Assembly: GCA_973895155.1 (NCBI GenBank)
Contig: OZ316891.1
Span: 24,675,899 to 24,739,898 of the forward strand
Length of the DNA: 64,000 nt
Direction: 5' to 3'
Origin: Marsupella aquatica
Taxonomy: Eukaryota; Plantae; Marchantiophyta
The position numbers were made by a program, and so were the translations under genes. The notes under the pieces were generated by a model. The model was given only the letters and a program-made list of their open reading frames with translations, ran no database searches and was not told the DNA's origin. Of the stretch, positions 1 to 10,400 are shown piece by piece. The first letter of the stretch is position 1. Each line of letters opens with the position of its first letter.

Positions 1-1206
1 GCATCGACCCCAGACAGGGTCACGGCTAAGGATCCAACTACCCTAGGGGAAGGGGAGGCCGAAGCCGAGGGAGTGGCTGAAGCCGAAGCCGTGGGAGTGG
101 CTGAGGCCGAAGCCGTGGGTATTGCCGAGGCCGGTGTCGAGGCTGAAGCCGAAGGTGGACCCAGTCAGGCCGATGGAGAGTTGACTCGGTCAAGGGCAGG
201 TAATCTGTCAGTAGGCGGGCCAACGGCAGTGGCTGAGGAGGAAGTGTTGGGGGCGTCCATTGAGGATCCACCACCGGTGTCGTGACGGTGCAAGGGCGCC
301 GTTCCTTTTAGGGAGGGCGGACGTGGAGGGAGGAGGCGTGAGTGGGCAGGGCGGGCACGGATCTCCACGTTTAGGATTAGGATCAGAACCAGGAGCGGCC
401 CTGACACTTAGCTTAGTGGGATTGCGGTTCCACTGGTAGGAGCAACACTTGTGCTCCTGCCTTGCTGTACATAGGTAGATTCGGGCAAGTAGATTACTGT
501 CAGGTAGATTAGGCTTACGATGCAAAGAATGGCGGATCCACTACCAGGATAAGTACCTGGGCAGCGGGGAGCTCAGGGCCTCTTCTTTAGCAAGTTTTTA
601 GTTTGCACCAGCCGGGCTGGGATCAAGTAGTACGAGAAGCTCTCGGTTAGTCATACAGTGACCCTTGTGTATATTCATGTTTCCTCATGCCTAAGAGCTG
701 AATAGAGTTGGCCTCACGGCTTAGTTCGCAGAACTTGTGTATGAGATGTACTGTTTGTATGGCAAGTGCATGGTATGACTCAGTCAGAATGAGTCATTTT
801 GCTATTTGTGTGTCGCATTAACTTGTGTGAAGAGTGCCCACATCAACAGAAGGAAGGAAAGTAAGCAGGGGAGTGATAGTTGGATGTGTCGAGCTGAGAG
901 AGGTCTTAGCGGCTTAACCAAGCCTATTGGGGATCATTCCGGCGGCGGAATCCAAACATACCTAACAAGACGGAGGGGAAGACAGGGGAAGACAAGGGAA
1001 GGCCTATATTAGGCCGGCTACGTATCTCATGACCTGATGAAGGATCTGTCCAGTATATGTGTGTAAAATGTTAATAGTAGTAGTAGAAGGTTAGCAGCGT
1101 CCCATGCCGCTAAGCCGCGGAAACGGCCTCGCCAAGCACGAAACCTACGGGAATCGGCTTGAGCTGGGGGGTTTCTTGGGTTTAGGGAGCCATGGGACGC
1201 ACCACA
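1..1206 (+). repeat. Family A 5' LTR, 3' part
   Basis: Near-identical to 10885-12066 apart from a few substitutions and a 24-nt in-frame repeat-unit indel near 67-90; ends in CA. Confidence 0.95.
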
Positions 1207-1210
1207 TTTT

Positions 1211-1228
1211 TGGCGCTAGATGGAGGGG
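1211..1228 (+). promoter_or_regulatory. Primer-binding site, tRNA-Asn type
   Basis: TGGCGCTAGATGGAGGGG 4 nt after the LTR; complementary, with one mismatch, to the plant tRNA-Asn(GUU) 3' end as I recall it (...CCCUCCUUCUAGCGCCA); same motif in family B. Confidence 0.8.
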
Positions 1229-1275
1229 GCATTTCTTAAGCCGTGAGATATGAAGTTAGAACGGAAGCGTAGGTA

Positions 1276-4269
1276 ATGACTGACCTTACGCCGAGGGAAG
1301 AAAGAGTGATTCAACGGGAGAGAGCTCGACTGCAGCAGCTCGCCGGGTGGCATGATACACAGCGACTGAGAGGGGCAGAAAGAGCTGGTAGCTCCGAAAC
1401 TGGAAGTGGCGTCGAAGAAGACATACCAGAAGAAGAGTCGGTAAGGAGAAGTGAGTCTCCAACCGACATGGGGGAACCAGAGGCACAGCCAGACGAGAGG
1501 CCAGGGACCAGATTGAGCCAGCGGTCGCGCATACATTACAAGGCATTTCATGGGAGAGGAGATGAGGATCCGGACGAATGGTTGGATGATTTCGAGGGAA
1601 CCGCTGCAGCAAATGGAGAATCGGCCATCAAGATGCAGATTCTTCCCGGCCTGTTCAAGGGTGAGGCTAGGCCTTGGTACAGAGCATTAGATGTGGAAGA
1701 TCAAGCCATCTGGGATATCTTCAAAACACTCTTTGTTAAGGAGTTTCGACCCATTGGAACTTCAGAACTAGCAGTGCTGAAGTTGGGACAACTTCGGTTC
1801 AAGGAGAACAAATCCTTCAGGAAGTTCTTGCAACGCTTTCAGAAACTGGTAAGACGTACAAAGACCAATGCATCTGAAGGTATGCAACTTCAATGGTTGG
1901 TGAATGCTTTGCCACAGAAGATGAGTTTTGCAATTAGAAAGGAGAACCCGGAGACTTTAGCCGAAGCAATTAAGGATATTCAATTATACATTAATGCAGA
2001 TATCACAAGCCGGAAGAAAGAGCTTAAGTCTGAGAGTTCCTCATCAGAGGAGGGATCACCCCATAAGAAAAAAGATAAGAAGAAGAAACATTCCAAGAAG
2101 TCTAGAAGTGATAAGTCAAGCTCGGATAGTGGGAGTAGCAAGAGTGAGTCATCTTCTAGTTCTGAAGAAGAAAAAACTAGGAAAAGGAAGGGCAGAAGGA
2201 GAGGGAAGACGAAAGTCAAGATGGAGGCTAAGCCACCAGATAACATCGTAGCCCTTACCGAGCAACTTAAGGCTATCATTGCAGAGGTAAAACCAAAGAA
2301 GAAGGTAGTACAGGAGGATAGCTCTGTATGGTGTGCCTTATGTTATAAAACCGGACACCATAAAGATGCGTGTCCTAAGCTTAATACTAATCATGTTCGG
2401 CATGTGGCCGAGATCAGACCATGTCAGGGAGAAGTAGAGTACTTTTTGGGAGATGCCGCTGATAGTGTTTTCGGCATCAGTGAGACTGGAGCACGAGACC
2501 TATCCAACAGACCTGCATCTCTGTGGTCAGGATTAAGGAACAATCCAGGAGAGATGTATCCTCGGATTATTCAGAAACCGTCAGTACCTCCTAGGCCGAA
2601 TGTGCAAAGATTTGCGGCGTGCTATAATTGTGGTCAACCTGGCCATTTTGCTAGAGAATGCCCGAATGCACGCAAACAGGGTGATGGACAACCAGCTCAG
2701 CTATGTATGGGATGCCGACAGGAAGGTCATATGCTAGGGCAATGTCCTACTTGGTTGGCAGGCCTGGCCGCAAATCATAAGCTTTTGCCGATCAAGATCT
2801 TACCGCCAGGTACTACCCCCGGAGGAGTTCAAATCAACCACATCGAACTAGGATGGCAAGAGGATGCCGAGGCAGAGTTCGTACCATCTGATGATGAGGC
2901 CGAAGCCCTATCAACCTTCTTAGAGGAGGATTTAGATCATGATTGCTACCGGGTCTCTACTCGATCTACCAGAAGGAAGGAAAGGTGGGATGGGCTGGCC
3001 AAAAATAAAGGGAAGGTTACGGAGGAAAGGATCGACTCTTCGTCAACATCAACAGAAGGAGAAGGGAGGGCTCCGGCAATACAGGTAAGCCATGAGCCCA
3101 CCAGTGAAACCAATCCTTCACAAGATAGCGACTTCAATCGAGATCATCCTAAGTTGTTCTACCCCTCTGTTACGGCTAGTGTTAAGGAACAACTAAGAGA
3201 ATTAGAAACCCTGGAGAATACCGAAGCCATTGCCAAGGATGTAAAACGAGCAAAAGCATTGTTTGCTTCGGAAGACCCAACAGCTGTGGAGACTAGCGTG
3301 GCAAAACTGGCCGAATCCAAGACGGAAACACCACCAGAAGAGAAGCCGATTGTTCCCTATGACCTGGCTAAAGATGTACTAGAATCTAGAGTCTCGGCAA
3401 CAGTAGGTCAACTATTGAAAAATAGCCCGTACTTCCGGAAGCAATTAAGGAAGGCTATTCTCGGCAAGCCGAGATTACCCAAGGTAGCAACCAGATCCGA
3501 CGTACTAATGATAGAAGAAGATCAAGGAGCCCCAGCATTACCATTAATGATTCAAGGAGAATTATTACTACGGGTACCCATCGATGGAGGATCAGGGGTA
3601 TGTATTATGATTGATTCAACAGCAAAAGGGTGGGGTCTAACACCGGAGATGACTGGAAGAGTGTTGAACATGGCCAATGGATATCAGGTCATTCCGACGG
3701 GAGTGTTAACCGGCATCAAGACAGAGATAGGAGGTATCTTCTTTAGCATTAACTATGTAGTAATGAAGCCGGTAAATCCTACGTCATTCCGGCTATTGAT
3801 TGGTAGGCCATGGCTGTACCTAGCCGAGGTAATAGAAGATTGGGGTAAAAAGCAGTTCACTTTCGGGACCCCCTCTATCACGGTATCCTGGGACACTAAG
3901 GATGACCGTAGGAAAAGCATAAGGGAAGTAGATGGGTACGATAGTGGACTGGAGTCAGCCGATGAAGTACGTTGGTTAGAATGCCTCACTAACCTAACCG
4001 AAGAAGGTGTCTTTGGACCAGAGGTACCCCCCAGCGGATTATGGCAAGAACCAATGGAAGGTGACTTGGAAGAAGAAGACGAAGAGGTCGAGGACTGCTT
4101 TACAATAGAATCCACCTTTTTAGCTGCAATTCCGGAGGAAGTTAAGGATGTAGACCAATTGGATGAAACGGCTAAGTGGGGAGCAGTAGCAGGGACAGTG
4201 GATTTTCTGCAGGCGTTGTGGCAGAGCCGACGGGGTCCACAACGCCATCGATCATCGGCAAGGAATTAA
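1276..4269 (+). CDS. gag: Gag-protease polyprotein (997 aa)
   Basis: Capsid-like DPDEWLDDF...ARPWY; three CCHC knuckles (CALCYKTGHHKDAC, CYNCGQPGHFAREC, CMGCRQEGHMLGQC); aspartic protease IDGGSG...LIGRPWL. Confidence 0.92.
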   Translation: MTDLTPREERVIQRERARLQQLAGWHDTQRLRGAERAGSSETGSGVEEDIPEEESVRRSESPTDMGEPEAQPDERPGTRLSQRSRIHYKAFHGRGDEDPDEWLDDFEGTAAANGESAIKMQILPGLFKGEARPWYRALDVEDQAIWDIFKTLFVKEFRPIGTSELAVLKLGQLRFKENKSFRKFLQRFQKLVRRTKTNASEGMQLQWLVNALPQKMSFAIRKENPETLAEAIKDIQLYINADITSRKKELKSESSSSEEGSPHKKKDKKKKHSKKSRSDKSSSDSGSSKSESSSSSEEEKTRKRKGRRRGKTKVKMEAKPPDNIVALTEQLKAIIAEVKPKKKVVQEDSSVWCALCYKTGHHKDACPKLNTNHVRHVAEIRPCQGEVEYFLGDAADSVFGISETGARDLSNRPASLWSGLRNNPGEMYPRIIQKPSVPPRPNVQRFAACYNCGQPGHFARECPNARKQGDGQPAQLCMGCRQEGHMLGQCPTWLAGLAANHKLLPIKILPPGTTPGGVQINHIELGWQEDAEAEFVPSDDEAEALSTFLEEDLDHDCYRVSTRSTRRKERWDGLAKNKGKVTEERIDSSSTSTEGEGRAPAIQVSHEPTSETNPSQDSDFNRDHPKLFYPSVTASVKEQLRELETLENTEAIAKDVKRAKALFASEDPTAVETSVAKLAESKTETPPEEKPIVPYDLAKDVLESRVSATVGQLLKNSPYFRKQLRKAILGKPRLPKVATRSDVLMIEEDQGAPALPLMIQGELLLRVPIDGGSGVCIMIDSTAKGWGLTPEMTGRVLNMANGYQVIPTGVLTGIKTEIGGIFFSINYVVMKPVNPTSFRLLIGRPWLYLAEVIEDWGKKQFTFGTPSITVSWDTKDDRRKSIREVDGYDSGLESADEVRWLECLTNLTEEGVFGPEVPPSGLWQEPMEGDLEEEDEEVEDCFTIESTFLAAIPEEVKDVDQLDETAKWGAVAGTVDFLQALWQSRRGPQRHRSSARN

Positions 4270-7200
4270 ATACCAAGGGATCGGCATACAAGCCGATTAC
4301 AAGGGCAGAACAAATTGAGGCCCTATTAGAAGCCGAGAGAGCACAGCGGCCTAACTCTCAGGAGCAAGAGGTGGATGAGATGGACAGACATGATCTAGAG
4401 CCAAGGCAGGAAGGGGAGCCAACCACTAATTCAAAACTGAATAGACCGGTAAGGGGACAATCTATGGACACCAAGGAAGGGACCGACTCGGCTAGTCCAG
4501 CCGAGATCCCAGTTTATGGAGGTATGAGATTAGAGAGACTGGAAGCCGAACTGGACCCGAATTTGAAGAAGCAGATTAATATGATCCAAGCACGGCAATA
4601 TCGGAAGCTCGACTTAGGAGAGGGAAGAGAACTGAACTTAGGGAGAAACCTAGCACCTGAGCTCGAGAAAGAGATCAGTGACTTATTGATTGAATTTCAG
4701 GATGTGTTTGCATGGAGTCACCAAGATCTAAAGGGAGTAGATCCAACACTAGGGGAACATCGAATTGATCTCATGTTAGGAGCCAAATCATTTCGACAAC
4801 CAATTCGAAGGATGAACCCGAAGTATTCCCTGCTGGTCAAAACAGAAATCGACAAACTAGTGGAAGCTGGATTCATCACTCCAGTCCTGCATTCAGACTG
4901 GGTGTCTCCAATTGTGATAGTGCCCAAGAAAGCTGGACCCGATGGTAAACCCAAGATCCGGGTTTGTCAGGATTACAGGAAGCTGAATGAAGCAACATTA
5001 AAAGACCATTTTCCTTTACCGTTTACTGATATGGTACTAGACATGGTAGCCAGTCATGAACTATATTCATTCATGGATGGATACTCTGGTTATAACCAAA
5101 TCAGGATTCGGCAGGAAGACCAAATCAAGACGGCCTTCATCACGGAATGGGGGATCTATGTCTTCAATCGTATGCCGTTTGGACTCTGCAATGCACCAGC
5201 TATGTTCCAACGATTAATGGTGAACATTTTTCATGATTACTTGAGAAAGTTCATGGAAATCTTCATTGATGACTTTGCAGTATTCGGGAAGGCATCGAAA
5301 CATGCTAAATACCTCAGGAAAACCTTCATGAGATGTAGAGAGGTGGGTCTCAAGTTACACCCAGATAAATGTTTTTTTGCAGTAACCGAGGGGGTGCTAC
5401 TAGGTCACAAGGTATCAAGGAAGGGCATTGAGATTGACAAAGGTAAGCTAGCAGTATGGCTAGATATCATGCAACCTAAGAACATAAAGGATGTAAGATC
5501 CTTCTTGGGATGCATTGGTTACTATCGCCGGTTCATCAAGGATTTTGCCAAGCTAGCTTTACCATTAACCAATATGCTCAAGGCAGGAGCAGACTTCGAA
5601 CCCACACCCGAACGAGTCACAGCGGTGGTAGAATTGAAGCAGATGTTAGTAGAGGCCCCAGTCATGATAGCACCGGACTGGAACAAAGATTTTCATGTTT
5701 TTGTAGATGTCTCGGGCTTCTGTATTGGCTCAGTACTAAGTCAGTTGGATGAGAAAGGAAGGGACCATCCCATATACTTCGCAAGCCGTCAGCTTGCCGA
5801 TGCCAAACGGAACTACTCTACCACGAAAAGAGAAGCATTAGGAGTCATTTATTCTTGTAAAAAGTTTAGGCATTATTTACTAGGGTACAAGGTAATCTTT
5901 CATACTGATCATGAAAGTTTGAAGTACCTAGTCAATAAGCCGGACCTTACAGGCAGAGTAGCAAGATGGATTTTGCTATTACAGGAGTTTGACTATGAGC
6001 TGAGGATCAAGCCGGGAAAGTTACATGCCAATGCCGACTTCTTTTCAAGGATCACAGGTAAACCTGCCATGGATTGCATCGATGATCGATTCCCCGACGA
6101 GGAGCTATTCGTTGTGGAAATAGCTGGTACATGGTACCCTGAGATTTTACAATTTCTCAGCACTTCCAGATTACAGCCAGGATTAAGCCGAGAGCAAGCC
6201 GCAGTCTTTGTGCGGAAGGTCAGACAGTATCAGTGCATTAAAGGCATACTGCACAAGCATGGAATCAACGGCACGATTCAAAGGTGTTTGGAAAAGAGAG
6301 AGGTAAAACGAGTCCTACGGGCCATGCATGGAGAGGAGGCCGGAGGACATTTTGCCCCAGTAACCACGTCTAAGAAGATATTAAATGCCGGTTACTGGTG
6401 GCCCACCTTGCACAAAGATGTCTATCAGTTTATCAAACAATGCGATCCTTGTCAACGAGCGGGAGGACCAAGGGCGTCCACCAGGCATCCACTGCACCCT
6501 ATTCTACCTCTGGCACCATTCGAGAAGTGGGGTATTGATTACATTGAACCTCTGAAACCACTGACCCACCCTCGACGGAACAAGTACATAATCCTGGCTA
6601 CGGATTATGCAACTAAATGGGTAGAGGCCAGACCAACAATGAAGGATGATGCAATTACTACGGCTAGATTCATGTATGAGCAGATCTTCACCAGGTATGG
6701 AGCACCCCTAGAATTAGTTAGTGATAGAGGAACCCATTTTTTGAATGATATAATTAGTCGTTTAAATGAGCAGTATTTAGTTAAACATAGGCCTACTACT
6801 CCCTACCATCCAAAGGCAAACGGGTTGACAGAACGAGCAAACGGAATCATAGGAAAGATATTGAACAAGACAGTAGCTCAGAACAAACTCGATTGGGATG
6901 ATAAATTGTTTGCTGCTGTTTTTGCTTACGATCTTGCCTATAAATCCACTACCGGTCATACACCCTTCTTCTTAACCTTTGGACAAGAAGCCCTGGTACC
7001 CATGCAACTTGAGATACCGACATTTCAAGTTACAATTGAGGAAAGAGCCTCAGCGGAGGAGAGCCTAAAGGAGCGAGAATATAGGTTAGAAGCTTTAGAG
7101 GAAGCGAGAATGATTTCAGCCGAGAGAGTAGAATATAGACAGAATATCATGAAGCAGCAGTATGATAAAAGGTTAAAAGTAGTTAGTATTCATACCGGTG

Positions 7201-7442
7201 ATCTTGTGCTACTTTATGACAGTAGGTATAGTAGGTTTCCAGGAAAGCTTTACACTCGCTGGTTAGGACCCTTTAGAGTAACCATGATGTTCCCCAATGG
7301 CTCCGTGCAATTGGCCAACATTACGGGAGAGGTATATCCAGTTCGCATCCATTATGACCGCCTCAAGAAATACTATATGGACGAAGATGAAGTTGTTCGC
7401 AAGGACGCTTCACAATTAAGTGGGGAGCTATGTGATGCCTAG
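4176..7442 (+). CDS. pol: Pol (RT-RNase H-integrase), in the -1 frame relative to gag
   Basis: RT motifs [31 protein letters not shown]; RH VDVS...TDH...NADFFSR; integrase HHCC, WGID, SDRG, ERAN, GPF; stop codon lies inside the 3' LTR. Confidence 0.95.
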   Translation: MGSSSRDSGFSAGVVAEPTGSTTPSIIGKELNTKGSAYKPITRAEQIEALLEAERAQRPNSQEQEVDEMDRHDLEPRQEGEPTTNSKLNRPVRGQSMDTKEGTDSASPAEIPVYGGMRLERLEAELDPNLKKQINMIQARQYRKLDLGEGRELNLGRNLAPELEKEISDLLIEFQDVFAWSHQDLKGVDPTLGEHRIDLMLGAKSFRQPIRRMNPKYSLLVKTEIDKLVEAGFITPVLHSDWVSPIVIVPKKAGPDGKPKIRVCQDYRKLNEATLKDHFPLPFTDMVLDMVASHELYSFMDGYSGYNQIRIRQEDQIKTAFITEWGIYVFNRMPFGLCNAPAMFQRLMVNIFHDYLRKFMEIFIDDFAVFGKASKHAKYLRKTFMRCREVGLKLHPDKCFFAVTEGVLLGHKVSRKGIEIDKGKLAVWLDIMQPKNIKDVRSFLGCIGYYRRFIKDFAKLALPLTNMLKAGADFEPTPERVTAVVELKQMLVEAPVMIAPDWNKDFHVFVDVSGFCIGSVLSQLDEKGRDHPIYFASRQLADAKRNYSTTKREALGVIYSCKKFRHYLLGYKVIFHTDHESLKYLVNKPDLTGRVARWILLLQEFDYELRIKPGKLHANADFFSRITGKPAMDCIDDRFPDEELFVVEIAGTWYPEILQFLSTSRLQPGLSREQAAVFVRKVRQYQCIKGILHKHGINGTIQRCLEKREVKRVLRAMHGEEAGGHFAPVTTSKKILNAGYWWPTLHKDVYQFIKQCDPCQRAGGPRASTRHPLHPILPLAPFEKWGIDYIEPLKPLTHPRRNKYIILATDYATKWVEARPTMKDDAITTARFMYEQIFTRYGAPLELVSDRGTHFLNDIISRLNEQYLVKHRPTTPYHPKANGLTERANGIIGKILNKTVAQNKLDWDDKLFAAVFAYDLAYKSTTGHTPFFLTFGQEALVPMQLEIPTFQVTIEERASAEESLKEREYRLEALEEARMISAERVEYRQNIMKQQYDKRLKVVSIHTGDLVLLYDSRYSRFPGKLYTRWLGPFRVTMMFPNGSVQLANITGEVYPVRIHYDRLKKYYMDEDEVVRKDASQLSGELCDA
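4200..4259 (+). promoter_or_regulatory. Candidate -1 programmed ribosomal frameshift signal
   Basis: G_GAT_TTT (4200-4206) in gag phase; 5-nt spacer; perfect stem GGCGTTGTGG (4212-4221) / CCACAACGCC (4237-4246); loop GCCGA can pair with TCGGC (4255-4259). Confidence 0.7.
7395..7430 (+). promoter_or_regulatory. Polypurine-tract region, conserved with family B
   Basis: GTTCGCAAGGACGCTTCACAATTAAGTGGGGAGCTA directly before the LTR start TGTGA. Confidence 0.7.
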
Positions 7443-10400
7443 ACAGGAATCACTCGGCCGGTTAAGTGGGTAAAGCAGGAAGGCACCCTAGGAACACCTT
7501 AGTATAGTGACAAAACAAGGAAAATATAAACAATTAGGGGCAACCATGGAACCCGGGCAGAGGCCGGAGGTAAGGCTGAGGGTGAAAACCCGATTAGGGT
7601 TAGGGCGCGTTAAGCGTCGGCGGCTAGGAAGGATCAACGGGAAGAAGGACCGGCAGAGGAGAGGGGTAAGGAGCGCTTGCAGGAGATGGTGGCTCATTTG
7701 CGAGCACGAACTAGGCAGACGACTACGGGAGGCCAACTACTGTCAGCTGCTTAGGCAAGCACTCGGGGAGAGAGTAGATACCGACGATCGACCTAAGGAG
7801 GGTATGAGCAACGTCAATCAAGTGGCACATTTCTGGGGATGCTTGTTCGAACGGGCAACTGAGTACATCAAGACTTACGAGGACGAGGAGTCAGAAAGGG
7901 CAGCTCGAGAATGGCAGGAGCTCGCTTGATTGTGGGAGCTGCAGAAGACGGCTTTCTTAGGAGGCGAACTCATCAAGGACGAGTTCCTGTGGACGCCTAC
8001 TTCCAATCAACTCGACAATCTTCTGTTTTGCAAAGACAGCGTCGTCGGCATCCGAGAGGCCATCAAGAACTGCAACGACATACACTGGGAATTAAAGGGT
8101 AGCACGGAAAGGTGGACCCGGGCAACGGTGCTAGGAGAAACCTCCACGGCAGCAGAGATGAAGAGGAAGGGGGCCGTCAACGATGAAGCCACCCCGGCAA
8201 AAAGAACGAGGTCGGCGGCACCAAAGAAGCCAGCCGAGCAGCAGAGCAGGAGGCAGGGAGAAGCCGAAGAGGAGGAGGTCGATCCCATCAAGGCCATTCC
8301 AACCAGGGATGACACCTGGAAGGGCTGGGCGGCAACCCTACCGGTGGGGGTGCAACTACATTTTGCACGGGAGGAGGATGCATGCTTTACGGCCATGCAG
8401 ACCAAGAAGTACCAAGGCTTCATGGCCGGATCCGGCTTGGAGGCCTTTGTAAGATTACCATGGCTGAAGCCGGAGGTACCGGAGTCAGACCTATTAGAAT
8501 TCGTGGGGTCATGGGAACCCGAGACCAATTGCACGAGGATATATGGGAAGGATTTCTATCTTACTCCCAAGGTGATTGCCGAAGTGTTTGGCTTGCCGAT
8601 GGGCAATAAGACCAAAGTTGATACCAGGAAGACCTTGCCTGACAAGGAGTTCCGGTCGTTCCCCGGGCCATCAACGAAGAATGGCTTCTTCCGGAACACC
8701 TGCACCAACCCGCACATAGGAGAGATGATCGACTTCTTGCGGGTGACCATGCATTGTAACTTACCGAGGGTAGAGATCGGCAAGGCACAGGTCTATCTGG
8801 CAGAAAGGCCAGACCCAAGCCGGGACTACAACGGGTACCTCCTCAACCAATTGAAGAAGATCTTAAAGGAGGAGCAGTAGGTAATCGGCATGGGGAGCAT
8901 GTCGCGGCTTGGCTATCACATGCCGCTGTTGTGCCGGTATGCCAGAGGTCAGACTTTTGCCCCGGTACTTCCCCTGCAGGTAAGGGCACCCGAGGAAGCT
9001 CCAACGCCGAGGCCGTTGGCTGAGAAGCCTCAACCACCTGTTAGTCCTACGATCGAGCAGGTGTTTAGGCCCAGGAAGGAAGACTTGCCGATGCAGCAAC
9101 CAGGCATGCAGAGTCTGCTGAAACTACTGGAGAAAGAAAAGAAATCGGCATCGACAACAACAACGGCAACGGCAACAATGCAGGACACTACTACAGAGGT
9201 AGGCCTACACCGGCTCACAAGAGAAAACCCCTTTGCTGGAGACAAGAAGAGAATCAGGCCGGAATCCAAGCCAGGTGTTCGAATGTACGTGGGAACCTCA
9301 AGCTCCGAATCTGAGGCAGAATTGCCTGAAGCTCCTACCGAGGAAGAGGAGAGGGAGAAGCCGGACGTCCAAGAGGTAGAGGAGGCAGTGGAGGACTGCA
9401 GCCATGATAATTCCGGCTATGGGTCGGACCATCACGTTCCAGGAGTAAGGACCTGTGGCCGGTTTGTCCCCACACTTCCAAGGGTAGTGCGAGGGGACCC
9501 CAACCAGCAGAGTAGCCCTGAGTCTCCCCCACCAGATGTCGCTCCCCCGAGCTTCGACGGCATAAAACAGACGGTGCAGGAATTTCAGGAGCGAATCAAG
9601 CAGGAGGAAGAGGCCGCCCTGGCTAAGGAAAAGGATTTACCAGGAGGAGATTGGCCGGAGGACATCAGGCAGCTAGCCGAAAAAGGAAGCAAACCTCTAG
9701 CCACGATTGAAGAGATCCGCAAGACGGCGTGGGAGCAGAGGCCACGATGGGCGATGCCGATCACTTCTACTTACTCCACCTACGCTAAGAATAGAGCCAT
9801 GGAGTATGGTGAGATGTGTGGGGAACTTGCGCTCGGCATCTTTGGAGAGGAGTTGGAGGTAGGACCCTTTTTTCACAGGGAGCAGTTGGAGAAGCACCAA
9901 TTAGAAGAAGCGGTGGCTTTAGAGAGAAGCAAGAAGGACGAGGTCATTCGGCGGCTTAGGAGGATGGAAGCCGAGATTGAAAATCTAAGGGCGGCCAAGA
10001 AAGCCCAAGATGAACTGCGGATTAAACGACATGAGCTGAACATCATGTAGGGGCAGTTGGACGCCGCGCAGGCTGATAATCAGAATATCAAGGATAAACT
10101 GACTCAGACGCAGGAAGAGTTGGCCGACACGATCAAAGAGAGGGAGAAGTGGAAGCAAGAGCTGAAGAATACAGAGGAGGCCCACATAACAGCCAACAAC
10201 CGGGCCATGGCGGAGACCCAAAGAAAGGAATGGGCGTTGAAAGGGGAGCTCGAGAAAATCCGCGGAGCCCTTGAGCAGAAGGAGGTCGAGTTAGGGAAAT
10301 CCTATCAAGGGATTATGGCGCTGCAGCAGGAGCTTGCGTCCCTGACGGCCAGCTTCAAGGCCGACCTAAGGGAGAAGGACGAGATGCTCGAACAGACTTA

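Noticed and set aside
1211-1228. tRNA gene
   Set aside because: Only the 3'-complementary ~18 nt is present; no cloverleaf
4176-7442. Tat/Ogre assignment or chromovirus assignment for families A and B
   Set aside because: No additional archaeal-type RNase H and no C-terminal chromodomain are visible; the exact lineage needs an RT phylogeny
8007-8534. Antisense ORFs repeated across LTR copies (175 aa here; also 10398-10907 and 34887-35444)
   Set aside because: Expected shadows of GC-rich coding sequence in near-identical copies; no motifs and not shared between families
7927-10050. Programmed stop-codon readthrough in the LTR ORF
   Set aside because: Stops fall at different codons in each copy and are sense codons elsewhere, so they are decay mutations
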